Positions 18,104-26,000 of a DNA stretch of 32,000 nt are shown here, piece by piece (within the stretch, counting starts at the first letter, position 1; each line of letters starts with the position of its first letter). Under the pieces are notes generated by a model that saw nothing but the letters and a program-made list of their open reading frames with translations, searched no databases and was not told where the DNA came from. The stretch is from Candidatus Lokiarchaeum ossiferum (GTDB taxonomy: Archaea; Asgardarchaeota; Lokiarchaeia; Sigyniarchaeales; Promethearchaeaceae), in assembly GCA_025839675.1 (NCBI GenBank), contig CP104013.1:1170001-1202000 (forward strand), given 5' to 3'. The translations under genes and the position numbers were made by a program.

Positions 18104-19777
18104 ATGGCCCATATATTCTACGCTGATAAACGAAATTTACGGTCTGATCAGCAACAAGGAGTGAACAAGGGAAATTTTCGGAAAAAGGAAGAAAACCAAA
18201 GTTGGGGATCTAGTATGAAAGGTATTTTTCGGTTTATTGCTTGGATCGGTCGCTATCGGATTTATCGCCCAAATAAGTTTTTGCCTTTATCTAATTTAAA
18301 TGCGTGGGGACATCTAATAGGCAAGTTTCTTTTTGGGTCTTCTCGTTCGGTTCAAAAAAAAGCAAGAGCCAGCCTTAAAGCACTGTATCCTTCAATTTCA
18401 GAAAAAAAACTGACGAAATGGGTTGATGCCTTTGCAAAATATATGGGAATGCTATTTATCGATATCGGGTTTCGGTTACCTCTTACCAGCGATTTACCAA
18501 TATCAACTTACTATGATTATGAAAATATCGAAAAACTTGATGAAGCACTCGCCTTAGGTAAAGGTGTGATTATTCCAACTTTACATATTGGACAACACCT
18601 TCATGTTCCTTCCATGTTATTTCAACATCCTAAGCACTACACAGTTACGAGTGTAATCTCAATCGCAAATATGACTATGTATGAAAATGGGAATCGAAAG
18701 GAATTCGATAACTTGTATTGTTATGCAAGTACAAAATTTTCTAAAATATCTCCTTATTTGAAGCGTCATTTAGAATCCAACCATATTTTATTAATGTATC
18801 ACGATTATTCGACCAAAGGTCAATTAAAAGTGCCATTTATCCAGGGAAAATTTCCTTTTCTAATCAATGCCCCCCAAAGTTATATTAAACTTCACAGATT
18901 GACAGGTGCAATTATACTCCCCGCTATAGCAGTCCCCGATCAAACATTTGGCAAATCTCGTTTGATTTTTCTGGATAATTCTTCCATTATGAAAATATCG
19001 AAAGATTATCAAAATTCGACAACTCAAGAATTCCATGGAAGATTGTCCACGGAAATAAATAGGGTTTTATACCCCTTCGCTAGGAAATATGCTCATGTTT
19101 GGGAAGAATTAATGAGATTACCTACTCGGAGATGTAAAGACGAGTTGCGTTTCGAAAGCAATTCAACAATTGCAAATATAATTGAAAAATCGAAGCAAAA
19201 AATGATCTCTATCCTTGAAGATAGTTTTGAACCTGAACGAAATGATAAAGAAATTAAAAAAGTAATCCTAAAATTTTTCAATAAAATTGAATCTGATTTA
19301 AGTGATCCACAGAAAAACTTTCGAAATCATAAAACCAAGATCGATCTTAGTATTAGGGATTCATTATCAGAAATGTGTAAAATTTGTCAAGTATTGAACA
19401 ATGAGCTTTCAAAATTAACAGAATTAAAAGCAGCTACTTCTTTTTCAGAGTTAGAAATAAAATTGAGTAATATTTATTTTCTTAAAGATCCTGAGGAAAT
19501 ACCGTTGCAATTCATTGATGATTTTGAAGAAGCCTATAATCTGTGTGTTAGTCAGCAGAATTTTATATCGGAGTGGAAATCCAAAATATGGAGAGTTATG
19601 AAGCGGTATATTTTGGAAAATAGAGTAACACTTCAGATGGAAGCATATAGGACGAATATAATCAACAATATTAAGATTTTGCACAATTGTATCAGTAAAA
19701 ACACGATGATATCAGAAGATGAACTTTATTTATCACTGAAAGACCAAACCAAGACCGGAAATGCAGTGCAAGTATAA
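18104..19777 (+). CDS. LpxL/HtrB-type (lipid A biosynthesis / lysophospholipid) acyltransferase family protein with ~215-aa helical C-terminal extension
   Basis: 557 aa. Blocks are alignable from memory to E. coli LpxL. KKARASLKALYPSISEKKL matches A..NL..CFPE.S. GKGVIIPTLHIGQHLHV matches the GILLVGIHF..LE catalytic H-x4-D/E region. LLMYHDYSTKG matches YAPDHDYG, and YAHVWEELMRL matches EQYMWLHRRFK. The true start may be the internal Met at 18215 (MKGIFRF). Residues ~345-557 are an unrecognised helical extension. Confidence 0.65.
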   Translation: MAHIFYADKRNLRSDQQQGVNKGNFRKKEENQSWGSSMKGIFRFIAWIGRYRIYRPNKFLPLSNLNAWGHLIGKFLFGSSRSVQKKARASLKALYPSISEKKLTKWVDAFAKYMGMLFIDIGFRLPLTSDLPISTYYDYENIEKLDEALALGKGVIIPTLHIGQHLHVPSMLFQHPKHYTVTSVISIANMTMYENGNRKEFDNLYCYASTKFSKISPYLKRHLESNHILLMYHDYSTKGQLKVPFIQGKFPFLINAPQSYIKLHRLTGAIILPAIAVPDQTFGKSRLIFLDNSSIMKISKDYQNSTTQEFHGRLSTEINRVLYPFARKYAHVWEELMRLPTRRCKDELRFESNSTIANIIEKSKQKMISILEDSFEPERNDKEIKKVILKFFNKIESDLSDPQKNFRNHKTKIDLSIRDSLSEMCKICQVLNNELSKLTELKAATSFSELEIKLSNIYFLKDPEEIPLQFIDDFEEAYNLCVSQQNFISEWKSKIWRVMKRYILENRVTLQMEAYRTNIINNIKILHNCISKNTMISEDELYLSLKDQTKTGNAVQV

Positions 19778-19924
19778 ATTCATTTTTAAAAAATTTTTTT
19801 TTAATTTTGAAGAATTCTGTCGCAATTAACTAAGAGTTGATCATCACGAAAATTAGGGTGAGAATATTCATTAATCGGTTTTCATTTTATTTATTGTAGC
19901 AAAATTACAAGTGGTTTTAGAAAA

Positions 19925-20266
19925 ATGTCCATTGAACGCGAAAACGATTTAACAGAGAAATCTGAAGAACAATCCAATGTTGACAAATCTTCAGATCAGG
20001 ATACGAATGAAGAAAATTCTATTCCAGATGAGGTTCTTGAAAAACGTATTTTTTTCTACGGTTTTGGAATTACAGCAGCCCTTTGGCTATACATAATAAT
20101 TTGGGGAGGATCAGCATTATACTTCATCCTTCCTGCGATTTTTATGACACTTGTTGTAGGCTTTCTTTTCATTCGATTTCAAAAGCGCAAAGCGAGTCAA
20201 AAATGGGTGGAATATTCATTTAGCGAATATAAAGAATCCCAAAAAAAGAAACGCCCTGAAGTCTAA
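19925..20266 (+). CDS. small membrane protein (acidic N-terminus, 2 TM helices)
   Basis: 113 aa. The N-terminal 40 residues are rich in Glu/Asp/Ser, followed by FFYGFGITAALWLYIIIWGG and LYFILPAIFMTLVVGFLFI. No family is recognised. Confidence 0.5.
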   Translation: MSIERENDLTEKSEEQSNVDKSSDQDTNEENSIPDEVLEKRIFFYGFGITAALWLYIIIWGGSALYFILPAIFMTLVVGFLFIRFQKRKASQKWVEYSFSEYKESQKKKRPEV

Positions 20267-20395
20267 TTTCATGGGGTTTTGAAGCCTTAGTATATTTTTT
20301 TTCTAAAGTTTTTAAATTCTATTATCGGAGAACTGCAAACTTATAGGGTTCGGAAATGAGCATTTAAATTCCATAGGTTTATATATCTTAAGTTT

Positions 20396-20605
20396 ATGAA
20401 GATGAATGAGGGAGATTGCATGAAACTTAAAGAGCTTATTCTTCTAGGAGTCATTTTAACTGTTATTGTTGGTTTGCTATTTTGGTACAATCCTATTGCT
20501 GGGGGATTTTTGGGTTTTTATCTTCTGTTTTTTTTGGGATTCCAATTATTATCTAAACGAAAAACACCTCAAATTCACTCACAAACATTATTTACCAATC
20601 AATAA
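20396..20605 (+). CDS. small membrane protein (2 TM helices)
   Basis: 69 aa, with hydrophobic segments LILLGVILTVIVGLLFW and GGFLGFYLLFFLGFQLL. No family is recognised, and it could be spurious. Confidence 0.35.
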   Translation: MKMNEGDCMKLKELILLGVILTVIVGLLFWYNPIAGGFLGFYLLFFLGFQLLSKRKTPQIHSQTLFTNQ

Positions 20606-20660
20606 CACATTTTTTTTTTATTTCTATAAAATTCCAAAACTTATTTTTCCATACATTTTT

Positions 20661-20688
20661 TTTCTACATTTTTGTCATTATGTAGAAA
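20661..20688 (+). other. 9-bp perfect inverted repeat (TTTCTACAT / ATGTAGAAA, 10-nt loop) after T-runs, possible 3'-end hairpin
   Basis: Arms 20661-20669 and 20680-20688 are perfect complements. T10 and T8 tracts precede it at 20611-20620 and 20656-20663, downstream of the 20605 stop. Archaeal termination mainly uses oligo-T, so the hairpin may be incidental. Confidence 0.25.
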
Positions 20689-21177
20689 TGTAAGAAAAAG
20701 AAGTCAAAATTGCACTATTTTGAATTTTCGAATTAGTATAAACTACTTATACTCTATTTCCCATAAATAGTTAAGAGCAAAGAAAAATTATCTCGAAGAT
20801 ATTGTTAATATTTTGTTTTTAGATGATAAGATAAAATAATAGAGATTTTTGCAAAAAATTTTTTAAATTATTTCTATTACAAACGGTTCTATCTTGAGGA
20901 AAAACTCCAGTACTTCAAGAGCTTATTATAAAATTTATAAGACATTTTTCAATGTCTTCAACCATTTTAAGATTGGAATGATTCGTATTATTTTTTATTA
21001 TTTTGTATCCCAGATCAATCAATTTTTTTTTTGATCCTTTAGATGAGACGAAAGTGTCAAAATCAAAATAATACGATTTCCTATTTTTTACCCAAAAAGA
21101 ATACTTCTTAGGGTAGAATAAGATTCGATCCTATAAAGTATTCCGAATTCCTTCAATAATTCTTCTAATCATCGATT

Positions 21178-21192
21178 CCAAAGGTATAAGTA
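21178..21192 (+). promoter_or_regulatory. candidate BRE/TATA (CCAAAGG-TATAAGTA) for the structured RNA
   Basis: TATAAGTA at 21185-21192 is centred ~27 nt upstream of 21215, where the GC-rich structured segment begins. A second T/A-rich box, TTTATTATTATTA (21203-21215), is an alternative. There is no experimental support. Confidence 0.3.
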
Positions 21193-21214
21193 ATTAGAAC
21201 ACTTTATTATTATT

Positions 21215-21440
21215 AGCCAGCAAGGAAACCTACGTTTGTCAGGTATCATTTGATCTGAAAGGGACTCGCCATCCCGCAACCCCTGGTGTTTTATCGGGGG
21301 TTGCATCTTGGCAAGTCCCGGACGGAACAAATTACATAGATCAAACACGAACAATATGGTGGCTCATATTGAAAACATATGGTGGCACATATGGTGGCAA
21401 GGACCCTGGCAAGGGCCTGTCAAACGTAGGAAAATCCTTT
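21215..21440 (+). ncRNA. structured RNA candidate of unassigned family (stand-alone ncRNA or 5' leader of tfb)
   Basis: G+C is ~47% by hand count over 21221-21440, against ~25% in 21061-21120. No credible ORF exists on either strand. The helices are nested and mutually compatible. The closing stem is 21222-21226/21435-21439 plus 21229-21243/21416-21430 (14 WC pairs plus one U-U). Next is 21249-21256/21338-21345 (8 bp). An interrupted hairpin runs 21261-21266/21314-21319, 21268-21271/21309-21312 and 21276-21284/21296-21304. Two hairpins lie at 21352-21358/21365-21371 and 21376-21381/21388-21393, and a short CCC/GGG stem at 21404-21406/21413-21415. The strand call rests only on the upstream TATA-like box. 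Confidence 0.55.
21353..21399 (+). repeat. three copies of ATATGGTGGC, including a perfect tandem 12-mer CATATGGTGGCA x2
   Basis: The copies are at 21354-21363, 21377-21386 and 21389-21398. The tandem unit occupies 21376-21387 and 21388-21399. Confidence 0.9.
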
Positions 21441-21521
21441 CGGTAAACACGAAAAGTGATAGCAATGACTGAAACAATTGGAAACTACCACAAAAAGAAA
21501 CACCTTGGCGCAACCTTCGTC

Positions 21522-21576
21522 CATGACCCATCAACCGGATCAGATCATATCCCGATGGATTCGATTGATGGGCATG
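21522..21576 (+). promoter_or_regulatory. 18-bp interrupted hairpin enclosing a candidate tfb start codon
   Basis: CAUG(A)CCCAUCAA at 21522-21534 pairs with UUGAUGGGCAUG at 21565-21576, giving 12 bp with A21526 bulged. After a C/A mismatch, CGGAUC at 21536-21541 pairs with GAUUCG at 21558-21563 (6 bp, one G-U). The 16-nt loop at 21542-21557 ends with the in-frame ATG at 21555-21557. Confidence 0.45.
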
Positions 21577-22502
21577 TGACACCTTCTGACACCTGTGAAT
21601 CAAAACGACAATACAAAAAGAAGGATCGTTCACGACAAATTGGAAAAGTTGAAATTGATAGAATCGATTGCACCGATTGCGGATCTGAAGAACTTATTCA
21701 AGATGATGTGACAGGAGATTTAATTTGCACAAGTTGTGGTATGGTCGTAGAATCACATATGTTTTTCACAGATAAATCTGCTATCAGTTTTACCAATTAT
21801 GATGATGAAATAATTAAAAAAAACTCAGTATCTGCCAAACGCAAAGATCCTATTAGTGAAAAATTATTCCAAAAGCTAAAAAAAGCAGAAAAATGGACTC
21901 ACACATGGGCAGACATTCATCAAATTATTATGAAGAAAGAAATTAATAGATATATTTACCAATTAGAATTACCTGAATACATTGGAGAAAGTGCTGGAAA
22001 TCTGTACGCGAAAATTTATCGCAAAAATGCAATTCAAGGAAGAGGAATAAAAGCAATGGTCGCTGCCACGGTGTATACCACTTGTAGACAACACCAAATT
22101 CCGGTGTTCTTCCAAGATATTGAGAAAGTTAGCAAACAAGAACATTCAACCATCCGAAAATGCTTTACTTATATCATGGATAATTTCCAAATTACACTTC
22201 CTGTTTTAAGTGCGAGACAATTTATTCCGCAATTGGTAGCTAAACTCCAATTTTCGGATTTATTGGAAAAAGTGGCCACAAAAGTCTTAACTCGATTAGA
22301 ATCAAGCCAAATTGGAGATTCAATTAATAATCCAAAACATTTGGCATCCATATCCATCTTTTTTGCCTACAACATTATGAAAAGGGCAAATAAGCTGAAT
22401 GTGAGTATCACCCAAAAAGATTTTTCCAATAAAGTCGGCATGAGTGAAACAACTCTCCGAAAATACAAAAGAATATTCCAACAAGCAATCACAGTAAGAT
22501 AA
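21555..22502 (+). CDS. tfb: transcription initiation factor TFB (TFIIB family), divergent paralog
   Basis: A zinc ribbon (CTDCGSEELIQDDVTGDLICTSCG) is followed by two cyclin-fold repeats (GRGIKAMVAATVYTTCRQHQIPVFFQDIEKVSK...IRKCF and PKHLASISIFFAYNIM...TQKDFSNKVGMSETTLRKYKRIF). The ORF is open from the GTG at 21456 (ATG at 21465), but that stretch overlaps GC-rich structured sequence. Starting at the ATG at 21555 gives 315 aa with the ribbon ~40 residues in, closer to typical TFBs. The in-frame GTG at 21576 is another option. The stop and reading frame are secure; the start is not. Confidence 0.85.
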   Translation: MDSIDGHVTPSDTCESKRQYKKKDRSRQIGKVEIDRIDCTDCGSEELIQDDVTGDLICTSCGMVVESHMFFTDKSAISFTNYDDEIIKKNSVSAKRKDPISEKLFQKLKKAEKWTHTWADIHQIIMKKEINRYIYQLELPEYIGESAGNLYAKIYRKNAIQGRGIKAMVAATVYTTCRQHQIPVFFQDIEKVSKQEHSTIRKCFTYIMDNFQITLPVLSARQFIPQLVAKLQFSDLLEKVATKVLTRLESSQIGDSINNPKHLASISIFFAYNIMKRANKLNVSITQKDFSNKVGMSETTLRKYKRIFQQAITVR

Positions 22503-22719
22503 TTACAATTTTATTTTGTTTTTTCCCAATTTTTATTCAGATTTTGTTATACAATAAAATTTCAGCTGATTTTACATTTTTACAGATAATTCTTCCCAAT
22601 TCATGAAATCATCGATAAATGTTAATATTGGGAGAATAATAAAATATTTTTTAAATTTTCAAGATGAGTAAATAGCATACTTATCACCAAGATGATCAAA
22701 GATTAATTAGGATATTTCA

Positions 22720-23019
22720 ATGACCGCAAAATCTAATCCCGTAAAAAATTCTCGAATATCTTTTAGTCAAAAAAAATTGGATGAGGAACTCCAAAAGACA
22801 TACCATTTACAAATGAAATGGATTCAGGAAGAATCTAACATTCAGTTAAATCATATAATCGATCAATTCACCCAAAAATCTGCTAAGAGGATTGAAAATC
22901 TTTCGATTAACTTGCTTCCCTATTTTAAAGAACAATTAAACTCAGATAATGCCCAAATTCGGGAATTAGCGGCCCGTGGTTTAGAAGAAATCAAAAAAAA
23001 TTCCCCTCATTTAGTTTGA
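22720..23019 (+). CDS. hypothetical helical protein (99 aa)
   Basis: An all-helical, charged ORF. The C-terminal DNAQIRELAARGLEEIKK resembles a single HEAT-like turn. No family is recognised. Confidence 0.4.
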   Translation: MTAKSNPVKNSRISFSQKKLDEELQKTYHLQMKWIQEESNIQLNHIIDQFTQKSAKRIENLSINLLPYFKEQLNSDNAQIRELAARGLEEIKKNSPHLV

Positions 23020-23056
23020 AAGTTGTTTTTACCAAAAATAAAAAAAGAAGATTATT

Positions 23057-26000
23057 TTAAACACCAGATACTCGTTTTAAAAACTCAAAAAGCAGGGTAA
23101 GTTTTTCAGAAAGTGAAACCAACTGTTCACCAAGATAATTGAAATGTTCTTCATTATTTTCAGTGATTTTTAGTAATTTAAAAAGAAATTTATTCATAGT
23201 GTCTTGATCAGTCTGAATTTTCAATATTTCATCCCGTTTGGCAAAGTTATTCAAAACTTCCATCACAGCTTCGTGGTTTGAGATCAGAGTATCCTGCTTA
23301 GCTGAAGCATTTATACTTGGCTTAAGACTTTCTTCTAAGGGATTTTTGATCTGTGAAACCATAATTTCTGCAAGATTGATTAGATTTTCCTGAGTTGCAG
23401 TATTTCCAATGAGATCTTGGACCGTACCTAATTTTGTTTGATTGACGAGTATTTTTTGTTTCATGTCTTCCGATAAACCCAGAAGATCATTATGTTGCCG
23501 CTCAAAGTAGTGTTTAAAACTATTTAGAGATTCTTCTTTAGCAAGCCTGTTTAAAGGCATCTTGATTTGATCCAAATACCGATCCCAGGCACCTTCCGAT
23601 ACATTCTCATAGATTGAATTTAAGGATGTGGTTGTGAATTCTGAAAATTTGTCAAATACCTTTGAATATTGTTCAAAATCTTCCCGGTTGGCTTTTGTTG
23701 TATCTTGTACAAGAGTCTGAATCGCAAATAATTCTTTCAAGTCCGCACGAACTTCAGCTTTCATTTTATCTAGAGAATCTTCCTTGGCGGTTAAGAGCAA
23801 GGCTTCTTCAATGATTTCAGGCAAACGTTCTTTCACAAGTAAATCGATCGATCTTTGAAAACTGGAAAATTCTTCGTGATTGGGTAAATTTGAAACGACT
23901 TTGCGAGTGTCTTGAGCCACCGACATCAAATTAGTGTGATTTTCATGTGTTTTTCCAATATTTGCAAGAATTTGATTAATGGAAATAGCAAAATCATGAG
24001 ATATTGAATCCAAAACTTGTTTTTGTGCTAAAGGTTCGGTACACGAACGAACCACAGGTAATATAGCATTTTTTATTTCACCTAGAAATTCTTTATACCA
24101 TTCGGGAGAAGTATTCTTTTTAATCTCAACCATGGTACTCTCTAAAGCAACTTTTCCATTCAGATTGTTAAGTGTTTTTTCGATATTTGTTGTATTTTCT
24201 AAGGACCGACTGGAAAATTGACTTAAATCTTGCTTTCCTTGATTTACTTGAGCATATAAATCTTTTGTGACGAATTGTACTAATTCAGGAACTTTTTGTG
24301 TACTTTTATTCAGATTTCCAAGTTCTTCTTGGGTTTTTGATAGGAGTTGAAAATGTTGTAGATGTTCCTTCTCAAGTTTACCAATTTCCCCCATAATTTC
24401 GGTTTTAATAGTAGGAAAACTTTTTTCATAGAGTAGTCGAAATTCATTTAAATTTTGATTTTTAGCAACAGTATTGAGTTGTGTATTAACTTGATTTAGT
24501 TTTTCACTCTGTTTAATCAGTAATTCTTTGTTAGCAGAAGAAACGGTGAAATTTTCCTTAGAAGCGCTTAAAACTTGTTTTGTATCTTGTTCCAAGCGGT
24601 TAGGTATAATTGTATCGGTATTTTGCCGTATTTTTTCAATTATTCCTTGGTTAGGCAGTTTTGCGACATCTTGACTAATTCTCAAGGTTTTTTCGGAGAG
24701 ATCTTTTACTTCTTTTTGGGTAGCTAAGGGAGAAATCAATTTTTGAACTTCGGGAATCAAAGTTTTGACAATTGGAGTCGGATCTTGTTTTTGGATAGTC
24801 TTTTCCAATTGTTTCAAACTGCTTTCCAGACTTAATTGAGCCACTTGGGAGGATAATTGAGCTAAAGTTTTTTGAATGCTAACAACTTGGGCATCTTTGG
24901 GTGCTGTTTCAACATATTTAGCCAAATTTTTCTGTAATTTGTTGATTTCAGGGAGAGCGTTAATCAAATCCAAATCTTTTCGGAGTTTTTCTAAATCAAC
25001 TGCTTTACTAGTTTTCGATATCTCTGATTGGAGAACACCTAGGCCTTCTCGGATCGAATTAATACTTTTTTCTTTTCCTAAAGCTGCTGTTGTCTGTAAT
25101 ATGGATGTATCAATATACTTCCCCAACTTAGAATTATTTTCTGAAATAGATTTTGTAACTTGAGAAACTAAGGGAGTGAAAAACGCAGGTGATTCGACTT
25201 TTCGAATATGATCTTCCATTCTTTGATTCGATTTGAGTAAAGTATTCTTTTCCAAGGAAACAAGCCGTTGATCAACATTTTGAATCATTTGTGGAATCGG
25301 AGAATTTTCAATTTTATTTGAAAGAAGTGCAGTATTTTTGTTAAGCTCCTTTCCAAATTCGATTTGTAGTTCACGCACCATATTTGGAACTGGAGATTCA
25401 TTAATCTTTTGTTCAATTTGACCGACTTTTCGTGTAATATCTGTCCCAATCTGTTTCTGTAAAGATTCTAACATAGTAGGAAGTGGAGAAGATTCTATCT
25501 TCCGATAAATAGATTCCAGTTTTTGGACAAGCGATTCATACAAATTTTTTTGAAGATTTTTAACAAGATCTGCTGAGGCTAAGATTTTTTGGCCAGCTAA
25601 TAATTCTGTGGTACTTAATTCCATTTTATTATGGAGTTTATCAGAGATATCGAGAAGCATCTTATTAAATTCTGCAATAAATTTCGCAAATTGCTCCTTA
25701 CCTAACAAACTTTGTAAGGGAGCCAAAGAATTTAAAATGGTTTTTGTATCGTTTTCTAAAGTTTTAAGAATTTTCTTTGAACTTTGTTCTATTTCAGATG
25801 AATTTAAGTGAGATACATTGGAAGCAAACTTTTGAAGATGGGTTTGAAAATCATCAAAACCTTCACCAACAGTCTTAATTAAATCTCCAAGCACTTCAGT
25901 CTGGTTTTTATTCGCATTTTCAACCCCTTTGGAAAATTTGGATATTTCCAGCTTTACATTCTCCAAAACCAGTTTGTTTTCTTTATGGGCGAGGTTTAAA

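Noticed and set aside
20466-20693. 75-aa ORF overlapping the 20396-20605 gene in another frame
   Set aside because: It is Phe/Tyr/Ile-rich and runs through T-tracts and the 20661-20688 hairpin, so it is most likely non-coding 3' sequence.
21111-21140. tRNA T-arm-like GATTCGATCC
   Set aside because: No acceptor, D or anticodon stems can be drawn around it, and the surrounding sequence is AT-rich spacer.
21353-21399. CRISPR array or minisatellite
   Set aside because: There are only three 10-12-nt units, two of them directly abutting with no spacers, and no cas genes in the window. The units are far shorter than CRISPR repeats.
21222-21439. Interpreting the element as a MITE with ~24-bp terminal inverted repeats
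   Set aside because: This is possible in principle, since the outer stem would be the terminal repeats. But I see no matching target-site duplication at the flanks and no second copy in this window. The interior consists of several independent nested local helices and loop-displayed repeats, not a simple palindrome. I keep it as the main alternative, testable by counting copies in the genome.
21215-21440. Assigning the structured element to SRP (7S) RNA or RNase P RNA
   Set aside because: GUCCCGGACGGAACAA (21316-21331) resembles the SRP helix-8 core GUCCGGAAGGAAGCA, and the GUGGCU loop resembles the Alu-domain helix-3 loop. However, the flanks do not pair as helix 8, there is no GNRA tetraloop, and the Alu-like hairpins are 3' rather than 5'. 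The same nucleotides are used by a much stronger alternative hairpin. I found no RNase P CR-I (GAGGAAAGUCC) or CR-V (ACAGAA...GGCUUA) on either strand. Only a covariance-model search can settle this.
21169-21633. Minus-strand ORFs 21169..21354 (61 aa) and 21364..21633 (89 aa)
   Set aside because: Their translations are Cys/His/Gly/Arg-rich junk (for example GPCQGPCHHMCHHMFSI). They exist only because the locally GC-rich, stop-poor sequence of the structured element and the tfb 5' end stays open by chance.
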